DNA of 64,000 bases from Candidatus Poseidoniaceae archaeon (lineage in GTDB: Archaea; Thermoplasmatota; Poseidoniia; Poseidoniales; Poseidoniaceae): positions 57,928-121,927 of the forward strand of contig CBFIJH010000005.1 of the NCBI GenBank assembly GCA_965662895.1, read 5' to 3'. Of this stretch, positions 56,430-64,000 are shown piece after piece. Position 1 is the first letter of the stretch; each line of letters begins with the position of its first letter. The notes below the pieces were generated by a model that saw nothing but the letters and a program-made list of their open reading frames with translations, made no database searches and was not told the origin of the DNA. The position numbers and the translations under genes were made by a program.

Positions 56430-57827
56430 ATGCGTATGCCGATTTTTGAACACACCGCAACCTTTCCATTTTCTCGTCAAACCGTCTGGGATTGGCATGC
56501 TCGACCCGGAGCTGTTCGCCGCATCATGCCGGATTGGGAAGGAATCCGTCCTGTTGAAGTCGGTGGAATTACCGATGGAGCCATCACCGAATTTCGAATG
56601 AAAATTGGTATTGTGCCACAACGATGGGTGGCAAAACATCACGGTTACATGGAAGGCGAACAATTCTGTGATGATATGGTGAAGGGTCCTTTCGGGCGCT
56701 GGAATCATGTCCACAAATTCGTTGAGAACAACGAAAATGAAATGCAAATTCACGACCGTATCGATTGGAAATTACCGTTTCATTTCTTTACCCGAATTGG
56801 TGCTCCAATCATGGTCATGCCCCGTGTCAATCAAATGTTCAAGCATCGTTCGCGACGCATTCTTGCGGATTTAAATCGCCAACAGATGTTCAAAGATGCA
56901 CCACGAAAAAGAATTCTCATTACTGGCTCGACAGGTCTCATTGGAACACAACTAGGGGCATTTCTTGAGACCGACGGTCATGATGTCCATCGACTCTTGC
57001 GGCCGAGTACACGACTCCACGCCGATCAGGATTCAACAAAGGTTGTCAAATGGAACGATCGAACCGGAGAAGTTACGCAAGGTTCGCTTGAAGACTTCGA
57101 CGTCGTGATTCACCTTGCCGGTGCTGGAATTGGGGAGAAACGCTGGAGTAAGAAACGAAAGAAACTCATTTCTGAAAGTCGCGAAATCCCAACACGTCAT
57201 CTTTCCAATGCTTTGGCGGAACTAAAATCACCTCCATCGCTGTTCATTTGTGCTTCCGCAGTTGGGTTTTACGACAATCGAGGCGATGAAGACCTTGACG
57301 AAAACAGTAGCATCGGCGAAGGCTTCCTCGCTCGGATTTGTAAGAAGTGGGAAGATGCCACTGAACCTGCTGTGAATGCTGGCATCCGGACAATTTTGAT
57401 GCGAACTGGGATCGTTACCACGGCGGCAGGTGGTATGCTTCAACAGATTCTCTTGCCTGCAAAATTCGGCGCTTTGGGTCCCATAGGTGGCGGTCGCCAA
57501 TGGCAATCATGGATTTCTTTGGACGACCAAATCTATGCAATTCATTTCCTTATGAACCATGAAACTGCAAGTGGAGTTATCAATCTCACTGCTCCAAACC
57601 CGGTCACACAGAAACAATTTGCAAAGACACTTGGGAAGGTTTTACGACGTCCAGCATTTGCTCCAGCACCTGGATTTGTCATGAAAATTCTCTTTGGTGA
57701 GATGGGGAAATCGCTTATTCTGGATGGGCAAAAAGTCCATCCGAAGCGACTGTTGAATTTGGGATACAAATTTGAACATGAAACGCTCGAACCAGCGCTT
57801 CGTGATGCTTTAGGACGGTTCAATTAA
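56430..57827 (+). CDS. SRPBCC (polyketide-cyclase-like) domain fused to a TIGR01777/YfcH-type NAD-dependent epimerase (DUF1731)
   Basis: N-terminal ~150-aa SRPBCC fold, then ILITGSTGLIGTQLGAFL (Rossmann) and a C-terminal DUF1731-like tail. This architecture is familiar from bacteria. Confidence 0.8.
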   Translation: MRMPIFEHTATFPFSRQTVWDWHARPGAVRRIMPDWEGIRPVEVGGITDGAITEFRMKIGIVPQRWVAKHHGYMEGEQFCDDMVKGPFGRWNHVHKFVENNENEMQIHDRIDWKLPFHFFTRIGAPIMVMPRVNQMFKHRSRRILADLNRQQMFKDAPRKRILITGSTGLIGTQLGAFLETDGHDVHRLLRPSTRLHADQDSTKVVKWNDRTGEVTQGSLEDFDVVIHLAGAGIGEKRWSKKRKKLISESREIPTRHLSNALAELKSPPSLFICASAVGFYDNRGDEDLDENSSIGEGFLARICKKWEDATEPAVNAGIRTILMRTGIVTTAAGGMLQQILLPAKFGALGPIGGGRQWQSWISLDDQIYAIHFLMNHETASGVINLTAPNPVTQKQFAKTLGKVLRRPAFAPAPGFVMKILFGEMGKSLILDGQKVHPKRLLNLGYKFEHETLEPALRDALGRFN

Positions 57828-57852
57828 TCGTCGCTTTGTTCATAACCGGTAC

Positions 57853-60399
57853 ATGTCATGGGCGAACATGCTCGGGCGCAGCATTGCGATTGGCATTTTT
57901 GCCTTGCTCCTGCTCTCGATTGTACCATCCGTCCAAGCAGATGACAGTCAGGCATCATCAAATTTGCTCACTGACGGCGTGTCATCAAACGGTTACGTTT
58001 GCGATCCAGACGGTTGTTCCCCGAACGATGGGACCGACTGGTGGCGGATTGATGCGTACAAGGGCGATATTGTGAGCATCACATTTTCTGGCTCGATGAG
58101 CAATGCTGCATGGTGGTGTCCTGGCGACGGTTGGGAAGGTGATTTTTCGATGCACGATGAGAGTGGCAGTCAAATTGCTTCCATGGGTCGCAGCGATGAC
58201 AATCCTTCCGGAACGCTTTCGAAAACCATGTCACAACCTGGCTCAGTTTACGTGAAAATCAAAGCGAAGAACTCATGGTGCAATGATGGATTTGATTACA
58301 CGTTGCTCGCCTCCATCGATAAGACCGATCGAGACACAGATGAGGATGGCTTTGTTGACGCTGATGATGATTGCGATATCATCGTCGGGACATCCACCAA
58401 CGATCGAAAAGGCTGCATTGATTCTGATTCTGATGGATGGTCCGACACAGATTCGGGATGGGATGTTCAAAACGGTGCGGATGCGTTTGAATCCGATCCG
58501 ACACAATGGAGAGACCGTGATTTTGATGGGTATGGTGACAACATACTCGGAAATCAACCCGATCACTGTCCCGATAGCCGTGGTTACTCAACATCCGATC
58601 GGTACGGCTGCATTGATTCAGATGGTGACTCATACTCGGATGCGGACCCGGGAGGGTTGGACGGTTTGGAACCTTGGTTTGCCCATCCCGATGGCTTTGC
58701 TGATGCGTTCCCGTTCGAATCGACGCAATGGCACGATACAGACGGTGATGGCTACGGCGACAATTGGGAGGATCCCATGTGGAATGAATCCCACACGGAT
58801 TGGGGGATAGGCCAGTGGCTTGAAATTGCCAATCAACCGGATGCCTGTCCATTCATTACGGGTACTTCCTTCGCAGATCGATACGGTTGTCCCGATGCGG
58901 ATGGTGACGCTTGGTCAGATCCAGGTGAAAATTGGACCTCCGTTGAAGGCGCAGATGCGTTCCCGCTCGAACCAACGCAATGGCGTGACAGAGATTTTGA
59001 CGGGTATGGTGACAATCAGTCCGAAGGTGCACGACTCATCGATGATTTCCCAGACAACCCAACCCAATTCAGAGATTCGGATTTTGACGGATGGGGTGAC
59101 AATCAAACGTATGGAGCTACCCAAATCGATGACTTCCCTATGGTTCCGAGTCAGTATCGTGATTCGGATGGTGATGGCTACGGTGACAACATCAGCGGTT
59201 TCGAGGGTGACGTCTGCGTGAACTCAAATGCTGAAGAAGTCGAGAGTGGATGGATTTCAAGGTTTGACCGTTTGGGCTGTCGTGACGTTGACAGCGATGG
59301 TTATTCTGATCCAAGCGATGATTGGATTTCTCACCCACAAGGATTTGCCGACGCTTTCCCAAATGACGCTTCTCAGTGGTTCGACACCGACAATGATGGG
59401 TTTGGTGATAATACGGAGTATTTCGATGGACTTGCTTGGCGCCTCGCTTACAGAGGAGATGGCTGTCGAACAACCTACGGGCTCTCAACTTTCGACCGAT
59501 GGGGTTGTCCTGATTCGGATGAGGATGGGTGGTCCGATCCAACTCCGTACTGGCTTGCGAGTCCGGGTGGTATGGGTGATGCGTGGCCTGAAGATTCTAC
59601 GCAATGGCACGATCGAGATGGAGACGGTCGAGGAGACAATCCTTCCGGAACGAAAGCGGATGTGTGTCCTTCTGAGCCAGGAACCTCGGTCGGACCGAGT
59701 TCCGGTGGTGATAGATGGGGATGTCCGGACACCGATGGTGATGGATGGTCGAATCTTGGAGATGCTTTCATCCATGAGCCAACGCAATGGCGGGATACGG
59801 ATGGAGACGGATACGGGGATGAAGTTGATGGCAATGAACCAGATGCTTGCCCCACGATACGCGGGACCTCGATTCTCGACCGGTTTGGTTGTCGTGACAC
59901 CGACGGAGATGGTTGGTCTGACCCAACCGATGATTGGGATGCACACCCCTACGGCCGAGCGGATGCTTTTCCAACCGAAGCGTTGCAATGGAAAGACACG
60001 GATGCAGATGGATTCGGTGATGTTCCACTTGGTGCTCTTCGGGATGACTGTCCAGAAGACTTCGGTACCTCTGTGCGCGATCTGCAAGGATGCGAAGACA
60101 ACAACGGTGATGGTTGGTCGAACGAATACGGTGAGTGGAATGCTGCACTTGCCATCATGGGTGAAGATCCGGCTGCATCTTGGCTGACGTATCTCATCGT
60201 TGGAATTTCCTTCATTCTTGGCGCATCGGCGGCTCTTGTTGTTCGAACCATGCGTACAGAAGATGAGAAGATGCTGACGGAAGACTTGCTGGACATAGGG
60301 GGAATCGTGCAACAGTCATCTCCTGAACCAAATCCAACGCAACTTCCAGATTTGGCCATACCTCTACCACCGCCTCCGGGAGGTGACCATGATGCGTAA
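57853..60399 (+). CDS. Large type-I surface protein: PPC-like N-domain plus ~15 TSP3-like Ca-binding repeats, a C-terminal TM anchor and a Pro-rich tail
   Basis: Signal peptide MSWANMLGRSIAIGIFALLLLSIVPSVQA. Repeats DSDGDGWSD..DAFP.E.TQW.D.D.DGYGDN. Helix LTYLIVGISFILGASAALVV followed by PEPNPTQLPDLAIPLPPPPGG. Confidence 0.75.
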   Translation: MSWANMLGRSIAIGIFALLLLSIVPSVQADDSQASSNLLTDGVSSNGYVCDPDGCSPNDGTDWWRIDAYKGDIVSITFSGSMSNAAWWCPGDGWEGDFSMHDESGSQIASMGRSDDNPSGTLSKTMSQPGSVYVKIKAKNSWCNDGFDYTLLASIDKTDRDTDEDGFVDADDDCDIIVGTSTNDRKGCIDSDSDGWSDTDSGWDVQNGADAFESDPTQWRDRDFDGYGDNILGNQPDHCPDSRGYSTSDRYGCIDSDGDSYSDADPGGLDGLEPWFAHPDGFADAFPFESTQWHDTDGDGYGDNWEDPMWNESHTDWGIGQWLEIANQPDACPFITGTSFADRYGCPDADGDAWSDPGENWTSVEGADAFPLEPTQWRDRDFDGYGDNQSEGARLIDDFPDNPTQFRDSDFDGWGDNQTYGATQIDDFPMVPSQYRDSDGDGYGDNISGFEGDVCVNSNAEEVESGWISRFDRLGCRDVDSDGYSDPSDDWISHPQGFADAFPNDASQWFDTDNDGFGDNTEYFDGLAWRLAYRGDGCRTTYGLSTFDRWGCPDSDEDGWSDPTPYWLASPGGMGDAWPEDSTQWHDRDGDGRGDNPSGTKADVCPSEPGTSVGPSSGGDRWGCPDTDGDGWSNLGDAFIHEPTQWRDTDGDGYGDEVDGNEPDACPTIRGTSILDRFGCRDTDGDGWSDPTDDWDAHPYGRADAFPTEALQWKDTDADGFGDVPLGALRDDCPEDFGTSVRDLQGCEDNNGDGWSNEYGEWNAALAIMGEDPAASWLTYLIVGISFILGASAALVVRTMRTEDEKMLTEDLLDIGGIVQQSSPEPNPTQLPDLAIPLPPPPGGDHDA
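58330..60103 (+). repeat. Intragenic tandem TSP3-like repeats
   Basis: Repeated gatggtgatgg / gacggtgatgg blocks. Multiple long spurious ORFs in the other frames. Confidence 0.6.
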
Positions 60400-61678
60400 G
60401 ATTCCGTTCTTCCTCGTGTTGCTGTTCCTTTTCCCTGCCGCAAGTACAATGAATGTCAGCGCTGAGGCTGACGCTGGTCTCGAAGAGTTGGGCATTGCAA
60501 TGGTTGCCCTCCGAAACGACACGCTCGACTTGAATCAAGATGGTGATGTTGATGCAGTTCGTGTGGTTGTTATCCTCAATTCCACAATGGAGTCGATTTA
60601 CATCGATGTCCGATTGATTGCAACGCACAACGATCGAGAAGTTATCGAGTCATCAACCATTGAAGTGATCGGTCAGACCAATGCAAGTCTGACGTACGAT
60701 GCATGGTCGCGAGGTGAACATGAGCTCTTGTTGGGTTTCTATGATATGAACGGGGCAGAAATTTCGATGATTGAACTACCGACCTATGAAATGGTTCCAG
60801 CATTGCAGACGCCGATGCTCTCTCTCCAATTGAATGGGAACATGAATTTGCAAACAGGTTCAAGTTGCGAGATTACTCGAATGTTTGCAGATGAAACCGG
60901 CCCACGATATGGTGCCATTGGAACATTGACCTTCACTGGTGCCCCCTTCATCGTTCTCGATAATGCTACCAACATCGATTGCTCAAGTTGGCCCGCTGGC
61001 GAATATTTGCTCCGTGAAACTTATCGAAACGAACTTGGTCAAACTGCTGAAACATCGCTCAATCTGACCATCGAAAATCGACCCGCACCCGCCTTCGATT
61101 TGGTCGTTACGGGCGATGGATTGACAACCGACAGGTCGTGTTTGGTCGCACTGCAACCCGTCGATTCGAATGAAGATTTTGAACAGTACACCAAGGAATG
61201 GGATGTCTCAACCACGTCGATGACTGGTGATGGAGCCGTCTACGACTGTTCGAGTCTACCTGCTGGTGTTCATCTCATTGTTCTCAAAGTCACCAACCTA
61301 GAAAACATCGCAAGTACGCAAGCTGTCAACATCGTCCGATTGCCCGCTGATGAACTGACTGCTGAAGAACAGGAAACACTCCCCAGTCAATCGTTTGGTG
61401 AGGATACGGCAACCGAACAAGTTGGTTGGTACACCATTGGCGTACTCGGATTACTTGTTGCGATCGCCGTTTTTGTACTTCTGGTTCGAATTCGTGAGGA
61501 TGATGACCTTCTCTCTTTGCCTGAGCTTGGACCGGCTCCGCAGATTCTGAACGATGGATCACCCGACCCTGAAGGATTGCCTACGGTCGTTGATGATGAT
61601 GGGCAATTATGGCGAAAGCATCCAGACGGTTCACTTGATTGGTGGGATACAACCTACAACATTTGGCAGAAGTGGTGA
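60383..61678 (+). CDS. Secreted type-I membrane-anchored protein with Ig-like beta-rich ectodomain (hypothetical)
   Basis: Signal peptide MTMMRKIPFFLVLLFLFPAASTMNVSA. C-terminal helix WYTIGVLGLLVAIAVFVLLV. Tail LPELGPAPQ...PDPEGLP...WWDTTYNIWQKW. Overlaps the upstream gene by 17 nt. Confidence 0.6.
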   Translation: MTMMRKIPFFLVLLFLFPAASTMNVSAEADAGLEELGIAMVALRNDTLDLNQDGDVDAVRVVVILNSTMESIYIDVRLIATHNDREVIESSTIEVIGQTNASLTYDAWSRGEHELLLGFYDMNGAEISMIELPTYEMVPALQTPMLSLQLNGNMNLQTGSSCEITRMFADETGPRYGAIGTLTFTGAPFIVLDNATNIDCSSWPAGEYLLRETYRNELGQTAETSLNLTIENRPAPAFDLVVTGDGLTTDRSCLVALQPVDSNEDFEQYTKEWDVSTTSMTGDGAVYDCSSLPAGVHLIVLKVTNLENIASTQAVNIVRLPADELTAEEQETLPSQSFGEDTATEQVGWYTIGVLGLLVAIAVFVLLVRIREDDDLLSLPELGPAPQILNDGSPDPEGLPTVVDDDGQLWRKHPDGSLDWWDTTYNIWQKW

Positions 61679-62556
61679 TTGAATTGGCAACGTGGTTGAC
61701 GTATGTTCTTCTCTCCTTTGTTGTTCTTCTCGTTCTGCTTGTCTTGAATGGTGTTTGGATTTGGTGGACTCGAATCCGACCACGACAGCCAAAATTGAAT
61801 GCAAACTGGGCTTCGGATTGTGAACTCACAACAAGTGCAGTGTTCCATGAATCGCAAATCACGTTCCGCAATGTCCGAGATTTTCACTGGAGGACAACAA
61901 AAGATCGTGATGAGAAATGGGCCGATGAGGTCACAGTCGATTCAACAAAGGTGAAACACATCTGGTTTGTGGTCGACCAATTCCACTCGTTTCGTGGTTT
62001 ATCGCACACATATCTAACGTTCGAATTTTTGGACGGGACGTGTCTTTCATTCTCCTTTGAAACTCGCCGTGAGCGCGGGAAGCGTTACCATCCTTGGACA
62101 GGGCTTTGGCGTTCCTATGAGTTGTACTTACTCGTTGGTTTTGAGCGAGATGTGACCCAGTTGCGCACGCACGGGCGTGACAACATCGTATCGATGTATC
62201 GTGTGATTACGCCGCCTGACAAAGATCGACAAATGATTGTTCAAATGGCTCATAGATTGAATCAACTTGCTGAACGCGCAGAATTTTATCATACGCTTTT
62301 CAAAACCTGCAATACTTCAATTGTGAGGGCAGTGAACACGGTCACGCCTGGTCGAATTCCGTTTTTATGGCGTAATTTCCTTCCGGGGTATACGCCAAAA
62401 GCTGCTCTCAAACTCAATTTGGTTGAAGACTGGGGTGGGCTTGAAGCCACGATGGAACGTTCTCGAATCGATCAACATGCCAAAGATTGGGACGGTGTGA
62501 GCGATTACAGTGCGTTCATTCGCTCCGCACTACCTCCATCACCTTTGGACGAGTAA
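61675..62556 (+). CDS. DUF4105-like membrane-anchored protein (GTG start)
   Basis: N-terminal helix LTYVLLSFVVLLVLLVLNGVWIWW. YHTLFKTCNTSIV resembles the DUF4105 motif (from memory). GTGA overlap with the upstream stop. Track start at 61639 is the alternative. Confidence 0.45.
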   Translation: MIELATWLTYVLLSFVVLLVLLVLNGVWIWWTRIRPRQPKLNANWASDCELTTSAVFHESQITFRNVRDFHWRTTKDRDEKWADEVTVDSTKVKHIWFVVDQFHSFRGLSHTYLTFEFLDGTCLSFSFETRRERGKRYHPWTGLWRSYELYLLVGFERDVTQLRTHGRDNIVSMYRVITPPDKDRQMIVQMAHRLNQLAERAEFYHTLFKTCNTSIVRAVNTVTPGRIPFLWRNFLPGYTPKAALKLNLVEDWGGLEATMERSRIDQHAKDWDGVSDYSAFIRSALPPSPLDE

Positions 62557-63162
62557 CAACAAGTCACCGTCTTTTGCTGATACGGTGATACTTGACTCAA
62601 TTGCCGTATTCGAAACACCTCGAGTTCCAGTGACGAGGGTCGCATCCTCAAGCGAATATTGACAACCAATCAGACACACACCCGTTACTTTTCCAAATGG
62701 AATCAAACTCACAAGACAGCCTGGTTGAACGGCTATTTGTTCTGGATGAGCGGAAACTCGTCGTGCCACCCATCCGTTGAGGAGGATGGTAGCAGAACTT
62801 TTGTGCTCAAACAATGAGGAATAAGCTGCAAGGTGGTGATCGTATCGTCCGATCTCAACACCCACAATGCTTACTTCCGCTGTCGAGTCATGCTGTTCAA
62901 TCCAACGCAAGCCCTTTGAGATGTCGCTGCGTTCTTGATTGGAATCGTGAATGATTTGTGCACCTTTGTTCCGGCAATGCGCCAAGGTTTCTGGTGCAAT
63001 GCTGTCCATGTCGCCAACAACGACATCCGGCACTATACCACGTTCGAGGAGGCGGTTTGAGGCTCCATCAAGTGCGATAAGAGTGGAATAATTGGGAAGC
63101 TCTCTCTCAAGATTGAATGATTCGGGCCACGCACCGTTGGCGATGATGAGTACCCGTGCCAT
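62539..63162 (-). CDS. Thiamine pyrophosphokinase
   Basis: VLIIANGAW...LIALDGASN...VVVGDMDSI matches the TPK catalytic-domain motifs. ~205 aa. Confidence 0.75.
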   Translation of the reverse strand: MARVLIIANGAWPESFNLERELPNYSTLIALDGASNRLLERGIVPDVVVGDMDSIAPETLAHCRNKGAQIIHDSNQERSDISKGLRWIEQHDSTAEVSIVGVEIGRYDHHLAAYSSLFEHKSSATILLNGWVARRVSAHPEQIAVQPGCLVSLIPFGKVTGVCLIGCQYSLEDATLVTGTRGVSNTAIESSITVSAKDGDLLLLVQR

Positions 63163-63270
63163 GTTCCGTCCATTGAAGACTGATTCTTGACATCATGGGT
63201 CATATTGAATCAACAAATTGCAACGCAAAGTCTGACAATGGTTTAGAACGTTGAGTGTTCTAAGGATTTC

Positions 63271-64000
63271 ATGCGCGAGGAGCGGACGCTTTTCAAATCG
63301 GTTTTGTCAACCGGACTTGTTCTGCTCATGCTGGTGCAATTGATGGGGCCAATTGCATCGCAATCGTTGTCAAGCGGACCTGTTTTGCTTGAAGAATTAG
63401 AAGCGAATTACACGCTCCCCAACGATCTTCAACATGGCCACGACTTTGCTGGTAGGACCATTGATGCCGAAGGAATATCCGACTTGCTCGTTCGCCAAGA
63501 TTCCTCAATCGACATGTGGATGAGCGAAGTACTCGTTACTGGCAATTCCGGCGAGCGAAGTACGCCAAGTGTCTACTTGGCAGAGAACGGATCAAAGTAC
63601 ATTTGTTGGATGAACGCACAAGGTGAGGTGCACATGGGCGTCTACACATCAAGTGGCGTATTTTCAGATTCAATCATCGATAACGTTCCTACCACACATG
63701 GAATTATCGGTTGTTCAGTGGTTGTCGATGAAGCGTATCGCCCACTCGCCATCTATGCAGATGGAGCCAATTTGTCCATGGCAAGACTTGCTTTTGAAGG
63801 ACAAATTTACAGTTCAGACACGTGGCTCAAACGCACCATTATTGAAAACCTCCACCCTCAATCAATGACGGTTCGAGTCACCGATCAAGGTACTGAATTT
63901 GCAGTCGTCAGAACGACATCCGGTGAGTTGTGGCAGGTGAACAACAGCGGCCTACGCTGGTATCATTCTCTCCTTGATGCAGGTCCAGTCGGTGAGGAAT
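63271..64000 (+). CDS. Secreted hypothetical protein, 3'-partial (runs off window end)
   Basis: Own translation, no stop through 64000: MREERTLFKSVLSTGLVLLMLVQLMGPIASQS... (signal peptide). SD-like AAGGA 5-9 nt upstream. Not in the ORF track because it has no in-window stop. Confidence 0.5.
   Translation, partial: MREERTLFKSVLSTGLVLLMLVQLMGPIASQSLSSGPVLLEELEANYTLPNDLQHGHDFAGRTIDAEGISDLLVRQDSSIDMWMSEVLVTGNSGERSTPSVYLAENGSKYICWMNAQGEVHMGVYTSSGVFSDSIIDNVPTTHGIIGCSVVVDEAYRPLAIYADGANLSMARLAFEGQIYSSDTWLKRTIIENLHPQSMTVRVTDQGTEFAVVRTTSGELWQVNNSGLRWYHSLLDAGPVGEE

Noticed and set aside
59228-60312. 319-aa plus-strand and 275-aa minus-strand alternative-frame ORFs
   Set aside because: Same artefact, inside the repeat region of the 848-aa surface-protein gene.
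63163-63270. TPP riboswitch upstream of thiamine pyrophosphokinase
   Set aside because: The conserved CUGAGA / ACCUGAUCUGGAUAAUGCCAGCG core is not present on either strand.
1-64000. tRNA, rRNA, CRISPR arrays
   Set aside because: Scanned intergenic stretches for T-loop GTTCGAATC/GTTCAAATC-type motifs and for regularly spaced direct repeats. None found outside coding sequence. The only candidate (gggattcgaatg near 6685) is inside a CDS.

Overview
This 64-kb window is about 50% GC, from hand-counted 100-nt samples. It is densely coding on both strands, and the predicted proteins are strongly acidic (D/E-rich).

The likely source is an archaeon. Supporting hallmarks are a Trm5/TYW2-type tRNA methyltransferase, a TrmB-family regulator, two stand-alone Lrp/AsnC RAM-domain proteins, a tungsten-type aldehyde:ferredoxin oxidoreductase, a class II CPD photolyase, leaderless TATA-box promoters, and Sec/lipobox signal peptides with no twin-arginine motifs. 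The acidic proteome together with Sec rather than Tat export suggests an uncultured salt-in halophilic or marine euryarchaeote rather than a classical Halobacteria member. This taxonomic call is inference only.

I saw no rRNA, tRNA or CRISPR array.

Contents, in order along the window:
- A 5'-partial ABC ATPase carrying a C-terminal zinc ribbon, followed by a DUF3817 protein and three tandem paralogous MDAK small membrane proteins.
- A lipoprotein/cupin/thioredoxin-like cluster.
- Several giant type-I surface proteins built from eukaryote-like extracellular modules: NHL-like and SBBP beta-propellers, thrombospondin-type-3 acidic Ca-binding repeats, a parallel beta-helix, PKD/Ig domains, and two LDL-receptor-A-like modules. 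Each has a single C-terminal TM anchor and a proline- or tryptophan-rich cytoplasmic tail.
- A three-gene micro-operon of proteins under 100 aa. Two of these genes are absent from the supplied ORF track.
- A central-metabolism block: gpmA, aldehyde:ferredoxin oxidoreductase, a JAMM protease and an S15 peptidase.
- A compositionally mosaic glycosylation island: a GT4 with a GC-rich 5' half, an AT-rich FkbM methyltransferase, a second GT4 and a GDP-fucose-synthase-like epimerase.
- A membrane-anchored extracellular cyclophilin and Trm5.
- uvrC, divergent from a wHTH-STAND NTPase regulator, next to two tandem RAM-only proteins.
- A 9-kb minus-strand photoprotection/carotenoid array (ribA, bcp, trmB-like, DUF1295, ABC1 kinase, crtI, Trx-like lipoprotein, DUF4281, crtB, GT2). 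It is divergent from nudix, class II photolyase and an SRPBCC-YfcH fusion.

Minus-strand start coordinates were adjusted by residue arithmetic from the supplied ORF track. Where I also counted them directly on the printed sequence, all agreed except one: bcp, where the two methods differ by 1 nt.
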